DNA from: Bacteroidales bacterium UBA1715
GTDB taxonomy: Bacteria; Bacteroidota; Bacteroidia; Bacteroidales; UBA1715
NCBI GenBank assembly: GCA_002317135.1
Contig: DCIX01000010.1
Coordinates: forward strand, 1,637-65,636
Direction of reading: 5' to 3'
Length of the DNA: 64,000 nt
Shown: positions 41,300 through 50,198 of the stretch, in pieces
How the letters are laid out: each line of letters starts with the position of its first letter
How positions within the stretch are numbered: the stretch's first letter is position 1
Notes under the pieces: model-generated
What the model was told of the DNA's origin: nothing
Databases searched by the model: none
What the model saw: only the letters and a program-made list of their open reading frames with translations
Made by a program: the position numbers and the translations under genes

Positions 41300-41958
41300 T
41301 GATTATTGCTATTGATGGACATTCATCTTGTGGAAAAAGTACTATTGCTAAAGCTTTGGCTAAAAAGTTGAATTTTACTTATGTCGATACTGGTGCTATG
41401 TATCGCGCTGTGACATTGTTTTGCTTACAGAATTCGTTGATTACCAACGATGTAGTTGATGAAACTGCTTTGGAATCTCGTCTACATGAAGTGCAGATTT
41501 CATTTGTAAAAAATGCTGATGTACAAGAAACATATTTGAATGGAGTAAATGTTGAACGAGAAATACGTAGTATGACTGTAGCTCAACATGTTAGCACTGT
41601 CAGCAAAATAGGATTTGTTCGTGCGTTCCTTGTGAAAAAACAACAGGAATATGGGGAAAATGCGAGTGTTGTTATGGATGGCCGTGATATTGGTACTAAA
41701 GTATTTCCAAATGCTGACTACAAATTCTTTGTTACTGCGTCTGCAGAAATTCGTGCTCAACGCCGTTACGATGAGTTGATGCAAAAAGAGGGAAAGGCTA
41801 ATTATGAGGAAATTCTTGAAAATTTGAAACAACGTGATTATGCTGACTCTACTCGCAAAGAAAGTCCGTTGAAGCAAGCCGACGATGCAATTTTAGTTGA
41901 CACTAGTAATATGACTCGTGAAGGACAATTAGAATGGATATTGAACAAAATACAATAA
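41299..41958 (+). CDS. cmk: Cytidylate kinase
   Basis: IAIDGHSSCGKST P-loop and TGAMYRAVT motif. Confidence 0.93.
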   Translation: MIIAIDGHSSCGKSTIAKALAKKLNFTYVDTGAMYRAVTLFCLQNSLITNDVVDETALESRLHEVQISFVKNADVQETYLNGVNVEREIRSMTVAQHVSTVSKIGFVRAFLVKKQQEYGENASVVMDGRDIGTKVFPNADYKFFVTASAEIRAQRRYDELMQKEGKANYEEILENLKQRDYADSTRKESPLKQADDAILVDTSNMTREGQLEWILNKIQ

Positions 41959-42824
41959 TTGCAATTGATTCTAAATCAGGATTTTGTTTTGGCGTAATTA
42001 ATGCAATACAACAAGCAGAAAAAGCGTTAGAACAACAGGGTAAACTTTATTGTCTTGGGGATATTGTCCACAATGGGGCAGAGGTTTCTCGCTTGAATGA
42101 GAAAGGGTTGGTTACCATTTCTCACGAACAATTCAAAGAATTACATGATTGTACGGTCTTACTTCGTGCTCATGGCGAACCACCTGAAACATACGAGATT
42201 GCTAAGCAAAATAACATTACCATTATTGATGCTACTTGTCCGGTTGTTTTGAATCTGCAAAAAAATATACGGAAGGCGTATCTGGCAATTGCACAGAAAA
42301 AAGGTCAAATCCTTATTTTTGGTAAACCTGGTCATGCCGAGGTTGTTGGATTACTTGGGCAAACCGATAATACTGCGATAGTTGTTTCCAATGTGACTGA
42401 TTTAGAAAATATCGATTTTTCAAAACCAACCGTTTTGTTCTCTCAGACTACGAAGAATATTCATGGGCTGATGGAAATCAAAGCTTTGATTGAAGAAAAA
42501 TGTGCGTTGCAACAAAATACCGATTTCGAATTCCACGATACCATTTGCCGACGTGTTGCCAATCGTGAGGCTGATTTGAAAAAATTTTCACAACAATATG
42601 ACTACATCATTTTTGTGAGTGGCAAAAAAAGTTCAAATGGTAAAGTGCTGTACGATATTTGTAAACAGATGAACGATAACACTTTCTTTGTATCAAGTAG
42701 TGAGGATATTGACGATATTCCTTTCTATGCGAATAAGTCTGTTGGTATTTGTGGAGCAACTTCAACACCGAAATGGTTAATGGAGGAAATTGCTGATAAA
42801 ATAAAGGAAATCAAAAAGTTATAA
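41934..42824 (+). CDS. ispH: 4-hydroxy-3-methylbut-2-enyl diphosphate reductase
   Basis: Three Fe-S cysteines in the expected contexts: GFCFGV, DATCPVV, HDTICRRV. Confidence 0.93.
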   Translation: MDIEQNTIIAIDSKSGFCFGVINAIQQAEKALEQQGKLYCLGDIVHNGAEVSRLNEKGLVTISHEQFKELHDCTVLLRAHGEPPETYEIAKQNNITIIDATCPVVLNLQKNIRKAYLAIAQKKGQILIFGKPGHAEVVGLLGQTDNTAIVVSNVTDLENIDFSKPTVLFSQTTKNIHGLMEIKALIEEKCALQQNTDFEFHDTICRRVANREADLKKFSQQYDYIIFVSGKKSSNGKVLYDICKQMNDNTFFVSSSEDIDDIPFYANKSVGICGATSTPKWLMEEIADKIKEIKKL

Positions 42825-42825
42825 T

Positions 42826-43242
42826 ATGTATTTAGAACGATCTCGAGAGCGACATAAGAAAAGAATGAATCGTAATTTTTTAATAATTACGGTAGGTTTT
42901 GCTGTTGTTGCAATTTTTGTTGCGTATGCTTTACAGCATATTATGATTCGTTCGGCAGCTTCCAAAGATTTGCATATTCTTCATTGTGTGGTTGACAACC
43001 AATCTAATCAAAGTTTACCGTGCAAAATCAAAATAGGCGATGTTATCGTTTTTGAAGATACTATCGCAACTGGAAAAATAGATTTTGAAAAGAAGTGGCA
43101 TTTTTCTGTACCACAAACCATAACGATGGATTGCAATGGAAAAGTTGATGAAATCCACAATGTCGTTCTTCAAGATAGTATCAGTTATCTTATGATTCAA
43201 GTAACTGATACTGCGAATTTTAAAATGCAGTTTTTCGATTAA
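42826..43242 (+). CDS. Hypothetical membrane-anchored protein
   Basis: 138 aa with a basic N-terminus and one TM segment. No recognised motif. Confidence 0.55.
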   Translation: MYLERSRERHKKRMNRNFLIITVGFAVVAIFVAYALQHIMIRSAASKDLHILHCVVDNQSNQSLPCKIKIGDVIVFEDTIATGKIDFEKKWHFSVPQTITMDCNGKVDEIHNVVLQDSISYLMIQVTDTANFKMQFFD

Positions 43243-43253
43243 AAATGAATTAT

Positions 43254-43850
43254 TTATTCCTTGTTAATTACAGTAATAATTGAAGGGAATGTATTCGCAA
43301 AAACTTGAGGAAATTTATCTTCCGAAAGCCATTGTAATTCCGTGATTTCTTCTTCGGTTTGTGGAGCACTTTTCTGATTTTTTTCTGCTTCCATGTCAAA
43401 CCAATATGTCTGTTTCAAGACTTTCTGGCCATACATTTCGTACGTGTGCCAAGTCGAGCATCGGTAATTTTTTTCAATTACGTTTTGTAATCCAGTTTCT
43501 TCTGCTACTTCACGCAAAGCTGCCACTTCCGGCGTTTCGCCTTTTTCTAGTTTGCCTTTAGGCAAATCCCATTTTTCTCGTCGGTATATGAAAAGGTATT
43601 CGTTGAATTCATTTTTTATGAAACCTCCAGCTGCTTCGATGTATGTGTAATTTGACTTGAAAAGATTTAGCAAAAAATCAAAGTTCGTGTTATACAAAAC
43701 AGCGGAATTATGGGCTTCCTGTGCCAGTGAATCTATGGCTTGCAATAGGGTAGAATTGTCGTTGCAGATGTAAAAATTCTCGATTTTTTTTGTACCTTTG
43801 CAATCAGTTAAAAGTACAAATTTTGTGTCAAAATAAATCTTTAGTTCCAT
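43254..43850 (-). CDS. NUDIX hydrolase
   Basis: Nudix box GKLEKGETPEVAALREVAEETGL. The ATG (CAT 43848-43850) overlaps the pyrE ATG inside one CATG. Confidence 0.85.
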   Translation of the reverse strand: MELKIYFDTKFVLLTDCKGTKKIENFYICNDNSTLLQAIDSLAQEAHNSAVLYNTNFDFLLNLFKSNYTYIEAAGGFIKNEFNEYLFIYRREKWDLPKGKLEKGETPEVAALREVAEETGLQNVIEKNYRCSTWHTYEMYGQKVLKQTYWFDMEAEKNQKSAPQTEEEITELQWLSEDKFPQVFANTFPSIITVINKE

Positions 43851-44484
43851 GAGTACTACAATTGAGAGCACAATTATAGAAAATTTATTGCAAATAAAGG
43901 CAATAAAATTACAACCTGAAAATCCATTTACTTGGGCAAGTGGTTGGAAGTCACCAATTTATTGTGATAATAGAAAGACATTATCGTATCCAAATGTGCG
44001 TGAGGTGTTGAAGCAAGCTTTTGCTGAAAAAGTTCGCACAATGTATCCTGATGCAGAAGTAATTGCTGGTGTTGCAACTGGTGCTATCGCAGTAGGTGTA
44101 CTTGTGGCAGAAGCATTGAATCTTCCTTTCATCTATGTTCGTTCGGCTTCGAAAGACCACGGTTTGGGAAATCAAATCGAAGGTTATTATGAAGAAGGTC
44201 AAAAAGTTGTGGTTATAGAAGATTTGATTTCAACTGGCGGTAGCAGTTTGAAAGCTGTTGAAGCACTTCGTGCTGCAAATGTGAATGTTCTTGGAATGTT
44301 GGCAATTTTCACATATCAATTCCCTGTTTCTGTAGAAGCGTTTGAAAAGGCTCAATGTAAGGTTGATACGCTTACAAACTACACTGCTTTGGTGGAATTG
44401 GCAACGGAACGAAATTATATCAACGCCGATCAAATGGCAAGTTTGAAAGAATGGCGTATGCATCCTGATACTTGGGGAAAATAA
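43849..44484 (+). CDS. pyrE: Orotate phosphoribosyltransferase
   Basis: 211 aa with PRPP motif VVVIEDLISTGGSS. Confidence 0.93.
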   Translation: MSTTIESTIIENLLQIKAIKLQPENPFTWASGWKSPIYCDNRKTLSYPNVREVLKQAFAEKVRTMYPDAEVIAGVATGAIAVGVLVAEALNLPFIYVRSASKDHGLGNQIEGYYEEGQKVVVIEDLISTGGSSLKAVEALRAANVNVLGMLAIFTYQFPVSVEAFEKAQCKVDTLTNYTALVELATERNYINADQMASLKEWRMHPDTWGK

Positions 44485-44490
44485 TTGAGT

Positions 44491-45204
44491 ATGTCTATTT
44501 CGGTTCAAAATATTACAAAACTGTACGGAACGCAACGCGCCGTTGACGGCATCTCTTTCGAGGTTTCTTCGGGCGAGATTGTTGGTTTCATTGGACCGAA
44601 TGGTGCTGGAAAATCTACAACCATGAAAATTATTACAGGTTTCCTTTCTGATTTCGAAGGTACTGTAATGGTGAATGGAATGGATGTGAGGACAAATGCT
44701 TTGGAAGTTAAAAAGCATATCGGCTATTTGCCAGAACATAATCCGCTATACACGGAAATGTATGTTCGTGAGTACCTTACATTCGTTGCTAAAATGTATG
44801 GTTTAGGTAAAAATACGAAATCTGCTGTAGATAAAGTAATTGAGGAAATTGGATTGACAAAAGAACAACATAAGAAAATCGGCATGCTTTCGAAAGGATA
44901 TCGTCAACGTGTTGGTTTGGCTTCGGTGTTAGTTCATGATCCTGAGGTACTTATACTTGATGAACCGACTACTGGTTTAGATCCAAATCAGTTGTTGGAG
45001 ATTCGTGGTTTGATTGAGCAAGTTGGTAAATCTAAGACTGTTCTTCTTTCTACGCATATTATGCAAGAAGTCGAGGCAATTTGTAATAAAGTCATTGTGA
45101 TTAGCAACGGACATATTGTTGCAAATGATACTGCCGATAATGTGAAACAAAATAAATCGCTGGAACAAGCGTTTCATGAATTAACTGTACAGCCTACTGA
45201 ATGA
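44491..45204 (+). CDS. ABC transporter ATP-binding protein (ABC-2 type), no adjacent permease
   Basis: Walker A GPNGAGKST, signature LSKGYRQR, Walker B LILDEPTTGLD. Confidence 0.85.
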   Translation: MSISVQNITKLYGTQRAVDGISFEVSSGEIVGFIGPNGAGKSTTMKIITGFLSDFEGTVMVNGMDVRTNALEVKKHIGYLPEHNPLYTEMYVREYLTFVAKMYGLGKNTKSAVDKVIEEIGLTKEQHKKIGMLSKGYRQRVGLASVLVHDPEVLILDEPTTGLDPNQLLEIRGLIEQVGKSKTVLLSTHIMQEVEAICNKVIVISNGHIVANDTADNVKQNKSLEQAFHELTVQPTE

Positions 45205-46748
45205 GGAAACTATTTTGCTATATTACCGCTGGATTGTTCTGTGTGTCTGTACAGGCACAGGATACTTTGACAACGGTTGATGCTGTAGCTTCTGATATTC
45301 AGGTTGAAAGTAGTGCTATCATTCAAAATTATAATACTCAATTAGATAGCGTAGTTAATCTGTGGTATGCTCAAAAGGCTGGTGCACTTGAATATCCAAA
45401 AGGTAAGCGACACCACGATAGCACTTATGTTCCAAAATTTTCGGAAAAGGAATACAAGCAACGCATTGAGCAGATGAACTCTGTGGTGAATATTACGTAC
45501 AATGCGAAGGTGCAGGCGTATATTGATGTGTATGCAAGTAAACGCCGAAATTCTGTTTCAACTATGTTGGGACTGGCAGAACATTATTTCCCAATTTTTG
45601 AAGATATTTTTGATGAATATGATGTGCCGCAAGAGCTTAAATATCTTGCAATTATAGAGTCTGCCTTAAACCCAAAGGCGAAGTCACCTATGGGTGCTCG
45701 TGGTATTTGGCAATTTATGCCTTCAACTGCTAAAGTATATAACTTGAAGATTACTTCGTATATTGACGAACGCTGCGATCCTGTTAAATCGACCAGAGCA
45801 GCTGCGGCTTACTTGAAAAACTTATATGCAATTTTTAATGATTGGATTCTCGCAATTGCTGCATATAACTGTGGACCAGGAAATGTGAAAAAAGCAATCG
45901 CTCGTTCTGGTGGAAAAACAGATTATTGGCAGATTTACAATAACTTACCAAAAGAAACTCGTGGATATGTGCCAGCATATATTGCTGCGTATTATGTGTT
46001 TGAACATCATGAACTTCATAATCTGTATCCTCGAACGGTGAAAATGCCACAGCTTGACACGGTGGTTGTGAAAAAGAAACTACACTTCAAACAAATTGCT
46101 GAATATCTTGATGTTCCTGTAAAGGAGATTAGTGACGTGAATCCACAGTATAAAGCCGATATGGTTCCATATAGCGAGGAAGGTTCTCCACTATATCTGC
46201 CAATCGAAATAGTTTCTCCGTTCTTGCGTTTGCAAGATTCCATTTATGCGTATAAAGATAGTTTATATCAAAACTTGAAACCTGAAGTTGAGTTCGCTTC
46301 GTCTTCTGTGAAAACAGGAACAAGTACATCTGGAAAAACTAAGGTTTATTATACCGTTCGAAAAGGTGATACGTATGCGAAAATCGCATCAAAATATGGC
46401 GTATCTGTAAATTCACTTAAGTCGTGGAATCATAAGAGTAGCAATATGTTACATATAGGAGACAAATTAGTCGTATATGTTTCTGCTCCGGGTAGGGGAA
46501 ACTATGCCCAAACCAAAACGACAGCTACTTCTACAGCTGCGTCTAAGTCAACTACAACAGCTTCTTCACAACAAAAATCTTCGACGGTGACAAAATCATC
46601 TTCGTCGGCTTCATATCATACGGTTCAATCTGGCGATACTCTTTGGAGTATTTCGCAACGGTATGGAACTACTGTCGATGATTTGAAGAGTGTGAACGGT
46701 TTGACTTCTTCCCGCCTTTCATTAGGCATGAAATTACGTATCCCATAA
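45201..46748 (+). CDS. Lytic transglycosylase (SLT domain, MltD-like) with two LysM repeats
   Basis: IIESALNPKAKSPMGARGIWQFM and AAYNCGPGNV (SLT). LysM repeats YYTVRKGDTYAKIASKYGVS and YHTVQSGDTLWSISQRYGTT are separated by an S/T-rich linker. Confidence 0.88.
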   Translation: MRKLFCYITAGLFCVSVQAQDTLTTVDAVASDIQVESSAIIQNYNTQLDSVVNLWYAQKAGALEYPKGKRHHDSTYVPKFSEKEYKQRIEQMNSVVNITYNAKVQAYIDVYASKRRNSVSTMLGLAEHYFPIFEDIFDEYDVPQELKYLAIIESALNPKAKSPMGARGIWQFMPSTAKVYNLKITSYIDERCDPVKSTRAAAAYLKNLYAIFNDWILAIAAYNCGPGNVKKAIARSGGKTDYWQIYNNLPKETRGYVPAYIAAYYVFEHHELHNLYPRTVKMPQLDTVVVKKKLHFKQIAEYLDVPVKEISDVNPQYKADMVPYSEEGSPLYLPIEIVSPFLRLQDSIYAYKDSLYQNLKPEVEFASSSVKTGTSTSGKTKVYYTVRKGDTYAKIASKYGVSVNSLKSWNHKSSNMLHIGDKLVVYVSAPGRGNYAQTKTTATSTAASKSTTTASSQQKSSTVTKSSSSASYHTVQSGDTLWSISQRYGTTVDDLKSVNGLTSSRLSLGMKLRIP

Positions 46749-48592
46749 TGTGTGGAATTGCTGGATATTACTCCATTGATAATGTGTTTAATTCTAGTGA
46801 ATTAGATGCAGTCGGGAAAAGTATTACTTCACGTGGTCCGGAATATCAGGGAGTGTTTTCTGATGATCGTGCAGGGCTTGTTCATAGACGTCTTAAAATC
46901 ATTGATTTGTCTGATGAATCCAATCAACCGATGTTCTCGGATGATAGACGTTATGTGATAGCATATAATGGCGAGGTATATAATTATGATGAAATTCGTC
47001 GTTGCTTGCGTGGACAAATGCATACGAAATCTGATACGGAAGTTGTCCTTAAGTCATTAATAGAGTATGGGTTAGAGGCTATTGCCGATTTTAATGGCAT
47101 GTTTGCAATTGCCTTATACGATAGCATTGAAAAGAAGCTACTTCTTATTCGCGATAGAATGGGGGTAAAGCCTTTATACTATTATTGGGATGGAAAGAAT
47201 TTTGCTTTTGCTTCCGAAATTAAAGCATTACTTCAATTTAATGCTATAAATAAAAATAAAACAATAAATTATTCTGCCTTAAATCAATTTTTACATCTTG
47301 GCTATTCTGGTGTTGACGAGACTATATATAATGGTATTTTTAAATTGCCTGCTGGCTCTTACATGGAAGTAACCGAAACAGGTATTCATATTGAGAAGTA
47401 TTGGTCTCCGCAAGATTGCATTACTAAAGATACGGTTGATGAATTATATTCTGCTAAAGAGATTCTTCGTGATTTGGTTGAACAGTCTGTTCGTTATCGC
47501 CTTCGTAGCGATGTTCCGTATGGTACATTCTTAAGCGGTGGCATTGACTCTTCGTTGGTTACAGCAGTTGCACAACGGAATCTTTCAACTCGATTGAAAA
47601 CGTTTACAATTGGCTTTGCAGAGAGTAATTTTGATGAACGAACTCATGCAAAAGAAATTGCTGAGTATCTTGGTACAGATCATACAGATCTTGTTGTTAC
47701 TGAGAAAGATGCACTTGCACTTGTTCCCCGTATTCTCGATATTTACGATGAACCTTTTGCCGATTCTTCGGCAATACCAACTCTTATGGTTTCGCAACTT
47801 GCAAAAACGCAAACAACTATGGTTCTTTCTGGAGATGGTGGCGATGAATTGTTTATGGGATATGGTGCATATACCTGGGCGGAACGATTACAGAAACCTT
47901 TGGTTCAAACATTTCATAAACCAATTTCGCTTGTTTTAAGCTGTGGAAACTCTTGGAGTAAACGTGCAAGTAAGGTTGTTAATTATCCTGATAAAGAACG
48001 AATTCAATCTCATATTTTTTCTCAAGAACAATATTTGTTTTCTCAAAAAGAAATAGCTTCGTTGGTGTCTAAAGAATTTGTGCACGACTTTGTTGTTCCA
48101 CAAGAAAGTGAGCTTGCACGCGAGTTGTCTGCAAAGGAAAAACAGGCATTGTTCGATATGAATTATTACTTGCGCGAAGATTTGCTTACGAAAGTTGACC
48201 GTGCTTCTATGCATCACTCGTTGGAAGTTCGTGTGCCTTTGTTGGATTATACTATTGTTGAGTTTGCATTAAATTTGAATGAAAATCTAAAAGTACATAA
48301 TGGAGTTCAAAAATATTTGTTAAAACAAGTTTTGTATGACTATGTTCCTGCTCATTTGTTTGCTCGTCCAAAGTGGGGATTTTCAATACCGTTGTGTAAA
48401 TGGCTACACACAGATCTTCATTATTTGATTGATGACTATTTGAATGAAACTGCTTTGACGAAAACTGGTATTTTCAGTCAGAAAAAAGTTCGCTCGCTTG
48501 TACGCCAATTCAATAATGGCCGAAATGATTATTTATATAACAGAATTTGGCAGTTGATTTTGGTACAAAAATTCCTTCTAGAAAAAATATAA
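46748..48592 (+). CDS. asnB: Asparagine synthase (glutamine-hydrolysing)
   Basis: Ntn start MCGIAGY and PP-loop FLSGGIDSS; 614 aa. Confidence 0.92.
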   Translation: MCGIAGYYSIDNVFNSSELDAVGKSITSRGPEYQGVFSDDRAGLVHRRLKIIDLSDESNQPMFSDDRRYVIAYNGEVYNYDEIRRCLRGQMHTKSDTEVVLKSLIEYGLEAIADFNGMFAIALYDSIEKKLLLIRDRMGVKPLYYYWDGKNFAFASEIKALLQFNAINKNKTINYSALNQFLHLGYSGVDETIYNGIFKLPAGSYMEVTETGIHIEKYWSPQDCITKDTVDELYSAKEILRDLVEQSVRYRLRSDVPYGTFLSGGIDSSLVTAVAQRNLSTRLKTFTIGFAESNFDERTHAKEIAEYLGTDHTDLVVTEKDALALVPRILDIYDEPFADSSAIPTLMVSQLAKTQTTMVLSGDGGDELFMGYGAYTWAERLQKPLVQTFHKPISLVLSCGNSWSKRASKVVNYPDKERIQSHIFSQEQYLFSQKEIASLVSKEFVHDFVVPQESELARELSAKEKQALFDMNYYLREDLLTKVDRASMHHSLEVRVPLLDYTIVEFALNLNENLKVHNGVQKYLLKQVLYDYVPAHLFARPKWGFSIPLCKWLHTDLHYLIDDYLNETALTKTGIFSQKKVRSLVRQFNNGRNDYLYNRIWQLILVQKFLLEKI

Positions 48593-48598
48593 CAAGGT

Positions 48599-48676
48599 GT
48601 AGGGGCGAATCGCATACGCCCATACGGTTTTGTTAATCATTTTATTGTCAATTATCAATTATCAATTGTCAATTAA
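48599..48676 (+). repeat. Composite intergenic element, copy A: GC hairpin (GTAGGGGCGAATCGCATACGCCC), then TTAATCATT, then 5 heptamers CAATT(A/G)T
   Basis: Read directly. It begins 7 nt after the asnB stop. It has the same architecture as copies B (50015-50096) and C (53373-53470) in the opposite orientation. Confidence 0.8.
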
Positions 48677-48679
48677 TAT

Positions 48680-48687
48680 TATCTTTG
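48680..48687 (+). promoter_or_regulatory. Candidate -7 promoter box TATCTTTG for ribE
   Basis: Matches TAnnTTTG and lies 23 nt upstream of the ribE ATG (48711), immediately after the heptamer array. Confidence 0.5.
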
Positions 48688-48710
48688 CCTAACAAAAACC
48701 TATCAAAATT

Positions 48711-49313
48711 ATGTTTTCCGGAATAGTTGAAGAATGTGCCAAAGTAGTTGGCATAGAGAAAGACCAAACAAACATTCATTTTACGCTTTCGTGTAGTTTC
48801 GTGAACGAGTTGGGCATTGACCAAAGTATTGCGCACAACGGCGTTTGCCTTACTGTTGTTCGTAAAACCGACACAACATACACAGTTACTGCTATGCAAG
48901 AAACACTTTTGAAGTCGAATTTGGGGGATTTGACAGTTGGAAGTGAAGTAAATGTGGAACGAAGCATGAATATGAACGGACGCTTAGACGGTCACATTGT
49001 ACAAGGACATGTGGATCAAACTGCAACCTGCACTAAAATAGAAGAGGCAGATGGCAGTTGGTATTTCACGTTTGAATATGAACCTTCACAAAAGGATTAT
49101 ATTACAGTGGAAAAAGGTTCGGTTACAGTGAATGGCGTGAGTTTGACAGTGGTCAATTCTCAAAGGAAATCATTCCAAGTCGCAATCATTCCTTATACAT
49201 ATGAGCATACGAACTTTCATACATTCAAAGTTGGTTCTCGTGTGAATCTTGAGTTCGATATTATTGGCAAATATATTGCCCGCTACTTGGAATTACAAGG
49301 TACTGTAAAATAG
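48711..49313 (+). CDS. ribE: Riboflavin synthase alpha chain
   Basis: MFSGIVEE start and two lumazine-binding repeats (...NGVCLTV..., ...NGVSLTV...); 200 aa. Confidence 0.93.
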   Translation: MFSGIVEECAKVVGIEKDQTNIHFTLSCSFVNELGIDQSIAHNGVCLTVVRKTDTTYTVTAMQETLLKSNLGDLTVGSEVNVERSMNMNGRLDGHIVQGHVDQTATCTKIEEADGSWYFTFEYEPSQKDYITVEKGSVTVNGVSLTVVNSQRKSFQVAIIPYTYEHTNFHTFKVGSRVNLEFDIIGKYIARYLELQGTVK

Positions 49314-49324
49314 CACGTTTTTTT

Positions 49325-50014
49325 ATTTGGCAGCGTCTTCGGGAGCTCATTCAACTATTCTTTCCCGAGACCTGTGAGGTTTGTGGTACCAATCTCCGGT
49401 TTGGTGAACATTTGCTTTGTACGGATTGTCTGCTCGACCTTCCGCAGTTGCACATGCATAACCTGGAGCATAATCCTACAGAAAAGTTATTTATTGGGCG
49501 TGTGCCGTTTATTCGGGCAACATCTTTCTTTTCGTACCAGAAGCATACAAATTATGCGCATCTTATTCATAAGCTAAAATATCAGCATCGTGATGATATC
49601 GGAACCTTGTTAGGAGAAATGTGTGGCGTGGAATTGCAAAAATCTGGCTTTCTAAGCGATGTTGATGCATTGGTGCCTATTCCTCTTCATCCAAAGCGAG
49701 AACGCAAGCGTGGATACAATCAAAGCGAAATTATAGCACAAGGAATTAGCCGAGTGACAGGCATTCCTGTTCTATCGGATGCGGTAATTCGTTCTATTCA
49801 TACAAATACACAAACTAAGAAGAATAAAACTGAACGCGCAAAGAATGTTTCAGGCATTTTTTCTGTTGTTGACGCAGCAGTTTTAGAGGGCAAACATATT
49901 GTTATTGTTGACGATGTAATAACCACCGGGGCAACCTGTATTTCGTGTGCCGAAACGATTTTACAAAATGCACATACGAAAGGCATTAGTTTCGTTAGCA
50001 TTGCATTGGCGTAA
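49325..50014 (+). CDS. comF: ComF family phosphoribosyltransferase-like protein (start codon uncertain)
   Basis: PRTase motif IVIVDDVITTGAT. The N-terminal double CxxC (CEVCG...CTDC) begins upstream of the first canonical start (TTG 49412). The frame is open from 49253. Confidence 0.8.
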   Translation: MWQRLRELIQLFFPETCEVCGTNLRFGEHLLCTDCLLDLPQLHMHNLEHNPTEKLFIGRVPFIRATSFFSYQKHTNYAHLIHKLKYQHRDDIGTLLGEMCGVELQKSGFLSDVDALVPIPLHPKRERKRGYNQSEIIAQGISRVTGIPVLSDAVIRSIHTNTQTKKNKTERAKNVSGIFSVVDAAVLEGKHIVIVDDVITTGATCISCAETILQNAHTKGISFVSIALA

Positions 50015-50096
50015 TTAATTGACAATTGATAATGGACAATTGACAATTGTTTAAATGATTAATGTTTAATGTTGTAGGGGCGTATTGCATACGCCC
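50015..50096 (-). repeat. Composite intergenic element, copy B: heptamer array TTAATTG ACAATTG ATAATGG ACAATTG ACAATTG, then AATGATTAATGTTTAATG, then hairpin GGGCGTAT-TGC-ATACGCCC
   Basis: Read directly. It starts 1 nt after the comF stop codon. The hairpin has a perfect 8-bp stem at 50078-50096. Confidence 0.85.
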
Positions 50097-50137
50097 TTGT
50101 TTATTGTATTACATTAATTCCAACAACAACCATATAC

Positions 50138-50170
50138 AAAAAAAGAACCCCCGCCGATTGGCGAGGGTTC
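50138..50170 (-). terminator. Rho-independent terminator of the T9SS cargo gene
   Basis: GAACCCCCGCCGATTGGCGAGGGTTC hairpin (50145-50170) preceded on the plus strand by an A7 run, which is a T-run after the hairpin on the minus strand. It lies 29 nt downstream of the stop at 50199. Confidence 0.8.
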
Positions 50171-50198
50171 CGATATAATTGAATTTATATTATTTCAA

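Noticed and set aside
44491-45204. An orphan ABC ATPase here, and an orphan substrate-binding lipoprotein at 57933-59051, as parts of a split or novel transporter.
   Set aside because: Dispersed ABC components are common in Bacteroidota (for example gld and lol genes). Nothing in the sequence links the two genes.
48593-48710. Riboswitches: FMN upstream of ribE, cobalamin upstream of the binding-protein gene at 57933, and THF upstream of folD.
   Set aside because: The available leaders are too short (118 bp, 2 bp and 43 bp). The ribE leader is fully accounted for by the repeat element and promoter box, and no conserved riboswitch core sequences were seen.
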